Positions 38,234 to 48,533 of a stretch of 64,000 nt of DNA are shown here, piece by piece. Each line of letters begins with the position of its first letter. Within the stretch, counting starts at the first letter, position 1. The notes beneath the pieces are model-generated. The model made no database searches and was not told the DNA's origin. It saw nothing but the letters and a program-made list of their open reading frames with translations. This stretch comes from Candidatus Bathyarchaeia archaeon (GTDB lineage Archaea; Thermoproteota; Bathyarchaeia; 40CM-2-53-6). Location of the stretch: assembly GCA_050013255.1 (NCBI GenBank), contig JBEKFP010000002.1, positions 640,001 through 704,000 on the forward strand, given 5' to 3'. Both the position numbers and the translations under genes were made by a program.

Positions 38234-39892
38234 CTATTGACTAAACCCGTTCACATTTCCGTGAAGGAAGGACAGGATTGGGCCCATTGCGAGGAATGGG
38301 AAGAAGGTTAAGACAACAAGGATCAGGGTAGCCCCTATGAGTACGATTGAAAACATTATGCTATCAGTCCGTAGCCCTATCTCTGCATGTCTCTTCCTGT
38401 TTAGCATCGAGCCTGCGAGCGCCAAGAGCAAGAGCATCGGAGCGAACCGACCTGCAAACATTACCAGGCCTGTTGAGATATTGAAGAATGGAGTATTCGC
38501 AGACGCGCCTAGAAAGTCCGAGCCGTTGTTTGCCGCTGCGGACGTGTACTCGTATAGGATTTGGATGAAACCGGTCGCATTCCCGCTTACGCCGATAGCG
38601 TTGGCAGCTCCTGTTGCATATGCGAGGACTGTAGGTAACAGGATTATAATCGGATGAACAAGGAAGGCCGCCATTACAAGCAATACGTCACGCCCGTTAA
38701 TTTTCATCCCCAAGTATTCCGGCGTTCTGCCCGACATGAGCCCAACTATGAATACGGTAATCACGGTGTACATGACCATGTACATCATTCCAACACCCTT
38801 TCCACCGGGCGTTGCCTGAATCAACATGCCCATGAAGGCCGCGAGTATGACAAGCGGGTGCATGCCGAAGAGCGAAGCGTTAATAGAACCAGTTGTAACG
38901 GCCGTCGTGACTACGGTCCAGAAGGCTGAGAAAAATCCTCCAAACCGAACCTCCATCCCCGGACCAAGTTGGGGAGTCGGGACAAAAGCGATCATTAGAT
39001 CTATAATGAAGAGCCCATAAGAGGCCCAAAGTATTGGCCTACTTTCCTTTCTCTTTCCAAGAACCTCACCATACACGAAGCACAAAACTGTCGGCAGAAG
39101 TAACATCAAGATAATTTGAAGAACGTCCGATGCGGGATTCGGGTTCTCTAATGGGTAGGCAGAGTTTGCTCCGTAATATCCCCCGCCATTCGTACCTATC
39201 TGCATTATCGAGACGAGAGACGCGACGGGACCGACCAGAATGAATTGCGTCGTCCCTTCCACTGTTTTCACGACAGTGTAACCGTTGAGCGTTTGGGGCA
39301 CGCCCAGCCATACGAACATCATTGCGGCTACAAAGCACAACGGGAAGAGTATTCTTGTCAGGGTCCTCACGAAGTCAACATAGAAGTTTCCTAGGTCTTT
39401 GGAACCGGTCTTGAAGCCCCTTACCATTGCTACAGCGGCGCATAATCCTGATGCCGCTGAAGTGAATTGTAGAAACTGAACCGCCGACATCTGGCTTAGA
39501 TATGAAAGCGTGCTCTCCCCATTGTAATGCTGAAGGTTAGTATTCGTTGCAAATGAGATAACTTGCATGAAGGCGAGGTCCAATGTTAACCCCGGAAACC
39601 CTTGGGGATTCAAAGGTAGCCTGTCTTGGAAGACAAAGACCAGGAACGCAAGCGCCATCTGAAAGACGTTAAGCATCATCAATGATAGAAAATACTGCTT
39701 CCAATCCATTCGATGATTCTTGTTAACGCCTCCGAGTCGATAGATTACGTTCTCAATCGGTAATAGCGCGGTGTCAAGGCGGCTTGGCGCACATGCAAAC
39801 ACTCTTGTGACGTAGGGCGCTAGAAGGCGGCCCAAAGCAATCACTAACGCGAATATCAATGCAATGACGGATAATTGAATTAAATCGATCAA
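38234..39892 (-). CDS. kdpA: K+-transporting ATPase subunit A
   Basis: TNTNLQHY, GTNGGG, GRTPEYLG, AANNGS. Confidence 0.96.
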   Translation of the reverse strand: MIDLIQLSVIALIFALVIALGRLLAPYVTRVFACAPSRLDTALLPIENVIYRLGGVNKNHRMDWKQYFLSLMMLNVFQMALAFLVFVFQDRLPLNPQGFPGLTLDLAFMQVISFATNTNLQHYNGESTLSYLSQMSAVQFLQFTSAASGLCAAVAMVRGFKTGSKDLGNFYVDFVRTLTRILFPLCFVAAMMFVWLGVPQTLNGYTVVKTVEGTTQFILVGPVASLVSIMQIGTNGGGYYGANSAYPLENPNPASDVLQIILMLLLPTVLCFVYGEVLGKRKESRPILWASYGLFIIDLMIAFVPTPQLGPGMEVRFGGFFSAFWTVVTTAVTTGSINASLFGMHPLVILAAFMGMLIQATPGGKGVGMMYMVMYTVITVFIVGLMSGRTPEYLGMKINGRDVLLVMAAFLVHPIIILLPTVLAYATGAANAIGVSGNATGFIQILYEYTSAAANNGSDFLGASANTPFFNISTGLVMFAGRFAPMLLLLALAGSMLNRKRHAEIGLRTDSIMFSIVLIGATLILVVLTFFPFLAMGPILSFLHGNVNGFSQ

Positions 39893-39977
39893 ACTGCCTT
39901 AGCACCATCTATTTACTCCAGAACCTTCATCAACACTATGGATTAGTTGCATCAAGACCCTAGAATAAAAGAAACCG

Positions 39978-40259
39978 TTACTGCGGTTTCGCGGGCTTAA
40001 CGCCGTTCCTTGGCCCTTTGGGTGCGCTTAGTACGATCGAAGTGACCGTACTCTTTACGCCTTTAATCTTCAGAATTTTGTTTTTCAGAAGTTCCCGAAA
40101 TTCCTCAATGTCGGCTGCTGAAACAAGCGTGACGATATCAAATTCGCCCGTTACTTCGTAGAGTTCTTCCACGTTAGGTAACTGAGACAGGGTCTGTACG
40201 ACGTCGGCAAGAGTGGGCGAGTCGACAAAAATGTTTACGAAAGCCAGAAGACGTGCCAA
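39978..40259 (-). CDS. Stand-alone Lrp/AsnC ligand-binding (RAM) domain protein
   Basis: VEELYEVTGEFDIV...IKGVKSTVTSIVL; no HTH. Confidence 0.85.
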   Translation of the reverse strand: MARLLAFVNIFVDSPTLADVVQTLSQLPNVEELYEVTGEFDIVTLVSAADIEEFRELLKNKILKIKGVKSTVTSIVLSAPKGPRNGVKPAKPQ

Positions 40260-40591
40260 AGTCAACCATCGATCCTTTGCTCCGGATTTACAACTTAAAA
40301 CCACACCGAACGGTAGACGGCATATTAAGCGTTGCCGTTCAATTAGTTGAGATATTAACTAGAACTTCCAGGCGGAAGGAAATTTCTGCGTTAGAGAGAA
40401 AATTAGTCGTTTGGATTTCGACTACTCTTGGAACCAGGAATAGGGTTCCGCAGAAGTTTCTTCCTCTGACAGACGTCTTAGCTTCTCTTTCTTCATATCT
40501 TATCCTCCTTCACGCTTTTTGCGGATACTAGAGCTATTTGCGTAGCCGCTGCGATTCATGTGAGCTATATGATTCCACCACATTCGTAACA

Positions 40592-41686
40592 TCATTGCTT
40601 TTTCGCGCTTTGTTGTGTTGCCTCTTCTACTGTGAGGTTCAGCACGACTTCTGCAACGTCGCTGGCGTATTCTCCGATTCTTCTAAGGCTGTCGGAGATT
40701 AGGGTCGTTGCGGACAGGTCGTTAGCAGGTAGCTTCTCTTTGACAAGGCGGTCTAGGAGCTTAGACTCAAGTACTGCCATCTTGTCCTTTTCGAGAAGTG
40801 TCTTCTCAGCAAGCTCATAGTCATGCGCAAAAAGGGCGTGCAACGCGCTTTCCATCACCTTGTACGAGAATTGTGCGAGAGCGTTGGTTTCCTTCGTAAC
40901 AGCAGGTTCAAGAGGGTGACTTAGGGCCAGTGAATTCTGTGCCACGCGACAGGCATGGTCTGCTGAACGCTCGACGCTTTTCGTGATAATCCTGTATCCG
41001 AGACACTCGACTGGAGATTTGAGACCTATTCGTTCCAATAATGGCAGATGTTGGACCGCCCACTTGAGCTGCCTGATTATGTAGAGGCTGAACCTGTCTA
41101 TTTCATCGTCAATCTTGATGACCTGTGCTGCCAAGTCCTTGTCTCCAGCGATGAGGGCCTGCATCGCGTCCTGTTGCATTGAGCTCATTATCGAACCCAT
41201 TCGCCGGAGAGCATCGGGAACGAGTAGCTGAGGATAGTTGAGAAGGACCTGCAACGTGGCGCTTCTAGCGGACTCGGTCACCATTTCTGTACCGACCAAT
41301 TTCTGTCGCGCTACATCGCGTATCGCATCGCGAACTGGCGGTGCGAGATTACCCGATTTTGAGCTAATGTCAATCGTCGAATATCCAATGACATACAACG
41401 AGATGATTTTCCTGGTCACAGCGCCTGGATCTGCGTCGGGGGCAACTGACAATTCGCACCTCGCGTGCTCTCCATCAGATCTCACTGCATCAAAGGGAAT
41501 CAGAAGAAGCCCCTGGTTCTGCTGCTTGCTGAACTCAACGCGCCCTCCTTTCTTCAGCCCCGCAGATTCAACCCAATGCTTAGGGATAGATACGATGTAG
41601 GACCCACGCCCTGTTACTTGCACTCGACGAACGTACCTATCCTCGAAGCCTTTGTCGGCATCTATGACAGATTTCATGGTACGCAT
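40592..41686 (-). CDS. phoU: Archaeal phosphate uptake regulator (AbrB N-domain plus PhoU domains)
   Basis: RRVQVTGRGSYIVSIPKHW, DDEIDR, ERSADH, RRIGEY. Confidence 0.9.
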   Translation of the reverse strand: MRTMKSVIDADKGFEDRYVRRVQVTGRGSYIVSIPKHWVESAGLKKGGRVEFSKQQNQGLLLIPFDAVRSDGEHARCELSVAPDADPGAVTRKIISLYVIGYSTIDISSKSGNLAPPVRDAIRDVARQKLVGTEMVTESARSATLQVLLNYPQLLVPDALRRMGSIMSSMQQDAMQALIAGDKDLAAQVIKIDDEIDRFSLYIIRQLKWAVQHLPLLERIGLKSPVECLGYRIITKSVERSADHACRVAQNSLALSHPLEPAVTKETNALAQFSYKVMESALHALFAHDYELAEKTLLEKDKMAVLESKLLDRLVKEKLPANDLSATTLISDSLRRIGEYASDVAEVVLNLTVEEATQQSAKKQ

Positions 41687-41725
41687 GTAGATGCGCCAGG
41701 ATTTCTATGTAACGCTTCTAGATTA

Positions 41726-42358
41726 CTATATCTTGCTGGCCGTAACTATGTATACCACTGAATCACCAATGTAACAAGCGTGGTCGGCAATCCGCTCTAG
41801 GTATCTCATAACTAGCGTTGAGGCAAGTGCACATTTCACGGATATCGTCTTGTCTCCAGTGATTTGTTTCATGTAGTCAAGGTACATCTTGTCAACCAGA
41901 TCGTCCTCGGGGCGCAACGATCTTGCGAGCTTTGTGTCCTTGGTGCGGAAGGATTGTACGCTAGTTTGAATCATCTGAGTAACTCGTCCCGAAAGCTCTT
42001 CAACAGGCGTCCTGTCGCATAGTGAGACATCTCCGAAAATTTCAAGGACCTGGGCGATGTCATATGCGTACCTACCGAATCTCGAGAAACCATACGCGAT
42101 TTCGAGACACGACTTTATGTAACGCAGGTCTGAGGCAACGGGTTGGTAACGGGCAAGTAATTCGACTGCGAGTTCTTCAACCTCGTTGGACAGGGTCGAT
42201 AGTTGACGCGCGCGGTCAAGGGCTTGCTGGGTAATTTGTTCTCCTTTCGCGTAGGCTTGGATCGCCCTCATCACAGAGTCTTGGGCTAGGTTGCCCATAT
42301 CGCTGATGGCATTCGATAGCCTCTCAAGGCCCATATCCATTAGGCGTGGCAATGTCAT
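41726..42358 (-). CDS. phoU: PhoU protein
   Basis: RYQPVASDLR, DDLVD, LERIADHA. Confidence 0.92.
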   Translation of the reverse strand: MTLPRLMDMGLERLSNAISDMGNLAQDSVMRAIQAYAKGEQITQQALDRARQLSTLSNEVEELAVELLARYQPVASDLRYIKSCLEIAYGFSRFGRYAYDIAQVLEIFGDVSLCDRTPVEELSGRVTQMIQTSVQSFRTKDTKLARSLRPEDDLVDKMYLDYMKQITGDKTISVKCALASTLVMRYLERIADHACYIGDSVVYIVTASKI

Positions 42359-43123
42359 TCAACCAAATTTTCCACTAATGTAGCGCTCAGTTAGTTCATT
42401 CTTTGGATTCGAGAAGATTTGTTCCGTGATTCCGAATTCAATCAACTTACCCAGGTACAGAAAGCCAGTAAAGTCAGAGATCCGAGCGGCCTGTTGCATA
42501 TTGTGCGTTACGACGATAATCGTGTAAGTTTCCTTTAGCTTGACTATCAGTTCCTCAATCTTTGCCGTCGCAACTGGGTCGAGGGCTGAACATGGTTCAT
42601 CCATGAGAACAATTTCTGGCTCCACAGCCAAGGCGCGTGCGATGCAAAGCCTTTGTTGCTGGCCTCCCGAAAGACTTGATCCAGACTCATTCAACCGGTC
42701 ACCAATTTCATCCAACAAGAAGGCCTGCCTCAGATTCTGCTCAACCTTCTCAGCAATCAACTTACGGTCTCTTACTCCGTTCAACCGAAGGCCAGCCGCT
42801 ACGTTATCAAAAACGGACATGGTCGGAAACGGGTTCGGCCGTTGAAATACCATCCCGATCTTTCGACGAACGGTCACAGGATCCACATCCTCAGAAAGCA
42901 CGTCCGCATCGTCGAGCACGATCCTACCAGAAACCCACGCGCCGGGAGTAACTTCATGCATCCGGTTAAGACAACGAATGAACGTCGATTTTCCGCAGCC
43001 AGACGGCCCAATCAGGGCAGTAACAGCGTTCTCTTTGAACTCGATACTGATTTTCTCCAAGACTTGTTTCTTAGCGAAACCTGCGCTGAGGTCTTCGACC
43101 CGAAGTTTATTTTCCAAATCCAA
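42359..43123 (-). CDS. pstB: Phosphate ABC transporter ATPase (start TTG ~43123)
   Basis: [38 protein letters not shown]. Confidence 0.96.
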   Translation of the reverse strand: MDLENKLRVEDLSAGFAKKQVLEKISIEFKENAVTALIGPSGCGKSTFIRCLNRMHEVTPGAWVSGRIVLDDADVLSEDVDPVTVRRKIGMVFQRPNPFPTMSVFDNVAAGLRLNGVRDRKLIAEKVEQNLRQAFLLDEIGDRLNESGSSLSGGQQQRLCIARALAVEPEIVLMDEPCSALDPVATAKIEELIVKLKETYTIIVVTHNMQQAARISDFTGFLYLGKLIEFGITEQIFSNPKNELTERYISGKFG

Positions 43124-43322
43124 TGAATTTCTCCCGTCGCTCGCAACTCTAGACTTTCTTATCAATTCGACTAGAGCATTTGAATTAATCAATGCTGGTC
43201 TAGGGACTCTCGCCAGGCACCATAGTTGAAGGTAAGGCATGCGACTCGTATAGATACATGTGCTTGCGCGTAATCATCATGGTATTCCACTAAATACGAT
43301 CATGGAGGCATGTGCAGACACG

Positions 43323-44501
43323 ATGATGAATATGTCTAACCAAACAAGCAAACGAAATGTTCGATACGTGATTATTGCTATCGTTATAATAGTGATAATT
43401 GCAGGCGGACTCTACTACCAAACAACACTGAACATGGGCAATACATCGACTACCAGCATGATGACTGAATCCAGCCAAGTCCCGGTTTCCTTACTCGGCG
43501 CTGGGGCCACCTTCCCAGCTCCACTCCTCCAAAAATGGACTGTGCAATATGGCCAGCTAAACCCCTCCATCACTATCAGTTACAACCCGATCGGCAGTGG
43601 TGGCGGAATCCAACAGATTACTCAGAAGACGGTTGACTTTGGCGCGTCTGATGCTCCACTAAACGACAACCAACTCGCGGCAGCTCCAGGACTTGTGCTC
43701 TTCCCCGAAACTCTCGGGGGGGTGGCAGTTACCTATAACCTCGTCCAGTTCGGAATCGCAAATACTACGATTCTTCACTTCACGGGCCCCGTCCTCGCAG
43801 CCATATATGCAGGCAACATTACCAAATGGAATGACCCACAAATCCAAGCACTTAACCCTGGCATCGCCCTTCCCAACAACCAGATTATCGTGGTTCACAG
43901 ATCCGACGGAAGTGGGACCACCTACGCGTTCACGAACTATCTTTCAGTCGTCGATAGTGCGTGGTCGAGCGAGGTAGGATACAGCACCTCAGTAACGTGG
44001 CCGGTTGACAAGCTAGCAACGGGCGTAGGTTCCAAAGGGAACGCAGGCGTTGCCGGGACTGTAGTGAACACTCCAGGAGCAATCGGATACGTTGATGTCA
44101 TCTACGCAGTTCAGAACCACTTAGGAGTAGGCGGAGTGCAGAACGCCGCAGGAAACTTCGTGGCACCCAACTTACAGACCATTCTCTGGGCTGCTGCAAA
44201 TGCAACCGGGACACCAAACCCTGTCGACTTACGGTTGCACATAGTCAACGCGTCTGGCGCCCAGTCTTATCCCATCGCAACCTACACATACATTCTTGTC
44301 TACAAAGACATGTCAGCACAACCAAATATGAGCTTGGACAAGGCGAAAGCACTCGCGAAGTTCCTGTGGTGGGCAATACACGATGGACAACAATACTCTA
44401 CAGCTTTGATCTACGTACCACTTCCACAAAACGTTGTGGCCGCAGATGAACAACTCCTGATGTCGCTAAACTATCAAGGCCAACCATTAGTCAGTCAGTA
44501 A
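43323..44501 (+). CDS. pstS: Phosphate ABC transporter substrate-binding protein
   Basis: GAGATFP, GSGGG, DFGASD, HRSDGSGTT. Confidence 0.96.
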   Translation: MMNMSNQTSKRNVRYVIIAIVIIVIIAGGLYYQTTLNMGNTSTTSMMTESSQVPVSLLGAGATFPAPLLQKWTVQYGQLNPSITISYNPIGSGGGIQQITQKTVDFGASDAPLNDNQLAAAPGLVLFPETLGGVAVTYNLVQFGIANTTILHFTGPVLAAIYAGNITKWNDPQIQALNPGIALPNNQIIVVHRSDGSGTTYAFTNYLSVVDSAWSSEVGYSTSVTWPVDKLATGVGSKGNAGVAGTVVNTPGAIGYVDVIYAVQNHLGVGGVQNAAGNFVAPNLQTILWAAANATGTPNPVDLRLHIVNASGAQSYPIATYTYILVYKDMSAQPNMSLDKAKALAKFLWWAIHDGQQYSTALIYVPLPQNVVAADEQLLMSLNYQGQPLVSQ

Positions 44502-44506
44502 ACAAA

Positions 44507-45481
44507 ATGATGAACTCGAATCCACGAAGCCGCGCCCAAAAGCGGGCGCGGCCTCCAAATTTCTTTTTTCTTATCCTCGGGTTAGCCGCAGTCATAATCC
44601 CCATCATTGCAGCATTGATGCTATACGAAATTGGTAACGGCAGCCTCAGCTCCATAGATGCCTTTGGAGTCAGTTTCCTTTTCAGTTCCGACTGGATCCC
44701 TAACCCACCCAACGGTGGACCACCCATTCTTGGGGCGCTGCCCTCTATCTACGGCTCGATTGTCACAACGGCGCTTGCCTTAGTTCTTGCAGTCCCCGTT
44801 AGCCTAGGAGTTGCTCTTTTCCAGAGTGATTTAGCACCTATCAAACTGAGGGTCCCGTCGATGTTCATGATAGAGATGCTCGCTGCAGTTCCGAGCGTTG
44901 TGTACGGCCTTTGGGCACTACTTGTTTTGGTTCCCTTCATGCGAGATTACGTCAATCCACAGTTGAAATCAAGCTTAGGATTCCTACCGCTATTTACTGG
45001 CCCCACAACAGGTCTTGGAATGTTGACTGCGGGCGTCATACTGGCCATTATGATAATCCCTTACGGATCAGCCGTGATGCGAGAGGTGATCTCTGCCGTA
45101 CCCCGAAGTCAACGTGAGGCTAGCATAGCCCTTGGTGCAACAAATTGGGAAATGATTCGCACCGCAGTTCTCCCATTCGCGCGAGCTGGAATTATCGCGG
45201 CGGTTGTGCTCGCCATGGGGCGAGCCATTGGCGAAACCATGGCTGTGACGATGGTGATAGGAAACGTTGCCAGAATTTCACCATCACTCTTCCTGCCCGC
45301 CGAGACGATACCGAGCGTTATCGCCAACGAATTTACAGAGGTCGCCGGCAACGACGTCTACCTATCCGCATTGTTCGAGCTAGCACTAATTCTGTTTGCA
45401 ATTGCCTTCATAATGAACCTCGTAGGAAGGGTCGTCATCAATAGACTGAGCTTCAAGGTTCGAGGTGAGCTTCCTGCTTAG
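44507..45481 (+). CDS. pstC: Phosphate ABC transporter permease
   Basis: LAAVPSVVYGLW, RAIGETMAV. Confidence 0.95.
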   Translation: MMNSNPRSRAQKRARPPNFFFLILGLAAVIIPIIAALMLYEIGNGSLSSIDAFGVSFLFSSDWIPNPPNGGPPILGALPSIYGSIVTTALALVLAVPVSLGVALFQSDLAPIKLRVPSMFMIEMLAAVPSVVYGLWALLVLVPFMRDYVNPQLKSSLGFLPLFTGPTTGLGMLTAGVILAIMIIPYGSAVMREVISAVPRSQREASIALGATNWEMIRTAVLPFARAGIIAAVVLAMGRAIGETMAVTMVIGNVARISPSLFLPAETIPSVIANEFTEVAGNDVYLSALFELALILFAIAFIMNLVGRVVINRLSFKVRGELPA

Positions 45482-46319
45482 CCACAGCAGACGAAGAAAG
45501 GCAGGCAACGCATTATACATCATCCTCGCGACGGCCTGCTTTTTCGCGGCCTTAGTCCCGTTGATTTCAATTCTTTACGAAACGATCGCACACGGAGCCG
45601 CCGCTCTGAGCCTCGCATTCTTCACCCAAGTTAGTCCCCCAATAGGGGGTAACGGGGGAGGAATACTGAACGCGATTGAAGGAAGTCTAGTGATGGTGGG
45701 CTTAGCTTCTCTCATAGGGGTTCCAATCGGGGTTTTTGCTGGAGCATACCTCGCTGAATATCCTGGGAAATTTGGGTACTACGTGAGGCTTCTGGCAGAG
45801 GTTCTAACCGGAGTGCCATCAATTGTAACTGGAATCTTCATCTACGAGTTGATAGTGGCCACCCAGCATAGGTTCTCAGCTTTCAGCGGCGGAGTCGCAC
45901 TTGGTGTCATGATGGTCCCAATTGTTGCAATTTCGACGCATGAATCGCTAAAGCTCGTTTCCTCTTCCATAAGAGAGGGTGGCTTGGCCTTGGGGATTTC
46001 TCGGGCCAAGACGCTAGTGTATATTCTCCTCAGCTCCGCAAGGAGCGGCGTCATCACTGGCATCGCACTAGCGGTTGCTCGCGTTATGGGTGAAACTGCA
46101 CCCCTACTATTTACTGCACTCGGAAGTCAGCTCATGATGACAAACATCAACGACCCCGCATCTTCACTAACATTGCTCATTTTCGACTTTGGCACGTCTC
46201 CGTACGAAAACGCCCATGCACTAGCATGGGGAGCTGCTCTTACATTGCTTGTTATCGTACTAAGCCTCAGTATAGTGGTTAGACTTGCATCACGCCTGAA
46301 GGTTTCTGGAACAGAATGA
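45465..46319 (+). CDS. pstA: Phosphate ABC transporter permease
   Basis: GVPSIVTG, ARVMGETAPLL. Confidence 0.95.
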   Translation: MSFLLSHSRRRKAGNALYIILATACFFAALVPLISILYETIAHGAAALSLAFFTQVSPPIGGNGGGILNAIEGSLVMVGLASLIGVPIGVFAGAYLAEYPGKFGYYVRLLAEVLTGVPSIVTGIFIYELIVATQHRFSAFSGGVALGVMMVPIVAISTHESLKLVSSSIREGGLALGISRAKTLVYILLSSARSGVITGIALAVARVMGETAPLLFTALGSQLMMTNINDPASSLTLLIFDFGTSPYENAHALAWGAALTLLVIVLSLSIVVRLASRLKVSGTE

Positions 46320-46558
46320 CATAACCAAGAACCAATTAAGTCCGCGCGAAAAGTTGACAAGCTGGAATCGGGGAAGTAGACAGATCTTCTCTGCCTACTT
46401 ACACCGAGACAACTTAGCACCATCACGCCAGAAGGCCAGCCTTCTATAGTAATCGCGTAGATTCACAGTGTTCTCGCGAGTTCTATACGCATCTTTCTTC
46501 TACTTGATTATGCTCATCTCAGGGCAGAACTCAAGAACGCTTGAACGTGTTGGTTGAA

Positions 46559-46720
46559 ATGGAAAAAACAACAGGAAACGCATGCCCCAGATGCGGGTTG
46601 GGAACTTTCAACATATACTATGATGACGGAACCGATTTGCAACTTGGGGCTTTGTGCGATTCATGCGGCCTCAAAGGCTTCTTCGCAAACGACAAGCTTG
46701 TTCCACTAGCACTTGCCTGA
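46559..46720 (+). CDS. 53-aa CPxCG-type zinc-finger microprotein
   Basis: Manual translation MEKTTGNACPRCGLGTFNIYYDDGTDLQLGALCDSCGLKGFFANDKLVPLALA. Confidence 0.65.
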   Translation: MEKTTGNACPRCGLGTFNIYYDDGTDLQLGALCDSCGLKGFFANDKLVPLALA

Positions 46721-46739
46721 ACCGCGGAGCGAATAAGGA

Positions 46740-46931
46740 TTGGTAAGCAGACTTCAACACAGAGGAAGAGTCATCTTCCAATGCGAATATTGCGGTTTCG
46801 GTTACGAAGATCTTGGCACATCAGAGAGATGCGAAGAATTCTGCGCTACCCATAGCAGCTCCTCCACTAGAATAACTCGGACTGCCGTTTACGTTCCCTC
46901 CGTTCGCACCATCCCCGTAACAGTGGCCTGA
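46740..46931 (+). CDS. Small Cys/His metal-binding protein
   Basis: FQCEYCGFGY...CEEFCATH. Confidence 0.65.
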   Translation: MVSRLQHRGRVIFQCEYCGFGYEDLGTSERCEEFCATHSSSSTRITRTAVYVPSVRTIPVTVA

Positions 46932-47027
46932 GCAGTTGAAACTTCAGCGCATTTCTGTTCCTCGTGCTGCTGTTCAGCCTTTCCCCTTCCGTGCGACACC
47001 TTCCTATGTCACAGGATAATAGTTGAA

Positions 47028-48440
47028 CTAGTTATCGACTCGTTTTCGGCGAAGGAACAGAATGGCGGTGATTGCGCCAACAAGCCCGAGCAGCGCTACG
47101 ATAATTCCCGCAATGGGAGCTAAAGCTGTGTTCAGGTTTGTTGCTTGCGGAATTAGGTTCATGTCGCTGACAGTAAGGTGAAAATTCATGGAATACCCGA
47201 CATTCAGGGTGCCGTTGTACTGCCTCGATGCCAAGACACCGGCGCTATTCGTCGCCTTGCTCACGAATAGTTTGAACCCTGCGTTTCCTCCCGACGTCAC
47301 TACGAGTTCGTATTCGCCGGTTGGGTTAACTATTAACAAATCTTCTGAAGAATTGTGAGTAATTGAAGCATTTGGAATTTCCTCGACAAGTTTTCCTGTT
47401 TGGGGGTTGACCCCTAGGGGCCTTTGCTCTTCGTCATAGATCGTAAGGTAGGCATAGAGCGATCTCAACTCGGCGTATAGATAGGTTTCAGCAGGAGGAT
47501 TAGGGATGGTAGGTGGACCAACCACCCCGGTTGCGATAGCAGACACGTATATCCCTTGATCAGCTCCACCGCCAGACCAATAGAATTCCCCACTCGTACT
47601 GTTCCACACGAGGTCCATCGAAGCTTCGCCTGTAGCCAACATCCCCAGGCAACCACCAACAACGAGGCAACGAAGAGTTTTCACCGTAGCTTCACGCCAG
47701 AATCCATCCGCGGATTCGACTAAGATAGGCCCGATAGTTCCAACTGTGTCATTCCTGAAGACTGCAATCGCGGAACTGTCCAATCCAACAACAACCAGCT
47801 CAAATGGTGAACTGCCCCATGGGGGCCCTTTTTCTGGGACAGTTCCTATGTAGCATGGGCATATAATCGAGGCTGGAATCGCCCACGTTGTTGCGCCGAA
47901 ATTGTTGGACATCTGGAGCACGTACATTGAGCCTTCGTTCGAGATGTGTGAGTAGAAGATGAATGATTGAGGGAATGAAACAGGGTCGGTGTAGAAAGGG
48001 GCGCGGCATGAAAGCCTGCGACTCGATTCGGGTTCGCACAAAACGGGTTGGCGGGCCGTGGAGCTATTCCAAACTTGGAAGGTAAACGTTCCGTAGTAAG
48101 TCGGACTCTCAAGCTTGGCTAACTCAACCGTGTTCTGAGCCCATAGAACGAAGTTACCGAGTGAATCAGAGATCCAAAAATTCTGTTGGATAGAAAAACA
48201 ATCTACAAGGTTGGGCCGTAAGCAGTCCTCGATTGGACGCTCACCAAGTATGGAATAAGCGTCCGCCATCCCGAACGTGATCTTACTCCAAACGGAGACC
48301 GCTTGATGACCGAGGACTGCAAATGGGATTCTTTCGAAAGAAACCGTCGGTTGAGCGGAAAAGAGGACGACTAACAGTAAGAGGGCTCCCCCTCTTTTAG
48401 CGGCTGCTCTAATAGGACCGCTCGAAGCCCATCTTTTCAT
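47028..48440 (-). CDS. Secreted, C-terminally anchored protein with thermopsin-like N-domain
   Basis: Signal peptide; FSIQQN...WAQN and ELVVVG resemble thermopsin (A5) motifs; C-terminal TM plus RRKR. Confidence 0.6.
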   Translation of the reverse strand: MKRWASSGPIRAAAKRGGALLLLVVLFSAQPTVSFERIPFAVLGHQAVSVWSKITFGMADAYSILGERPIEDCLRPNLVDCFSIQQNFWISDSLGNFVLWAQNTVELAKLESPTYYGTFTFQVWNSSTARQPVLCEPESSRRLSCRAPFYTDPVSFPQSFIFYSHISNEGSMYVLQMSNNFGATTWAIPASIICPCYIGTVPEKGPPWGSSPFELVVVGLDSSAIAVFRNDTVGTIGPILVESADGFWREATVKTLRCLVVGGCLGMLATGEASMDLVWNSTSGEFYWSGGGADQGIYVSAIATGVVGPPTIPNPPAETYLYAELRSLYAYLTIYDEEQRPLGVNPQTGKLVEEIPNASITHNSSEDLLIVNPTGEYELVVTSGGNAGFKLFVSKATNSAGVLASRQYNGTLNVGYSMNFHLTVSDMNLIPQATNLNTALAPIAGIIVALLGLVGAITAILFLRRKRVDN

Positions 48441-48533
48441 TCTATCTCACCAAGTGAATTTGAGGAAGTCTTATACAATGTTGGCGTTCAGGCCTCTTTC
48501 CATGACGTTGCAAATGCATACGAGGGACCAAGG

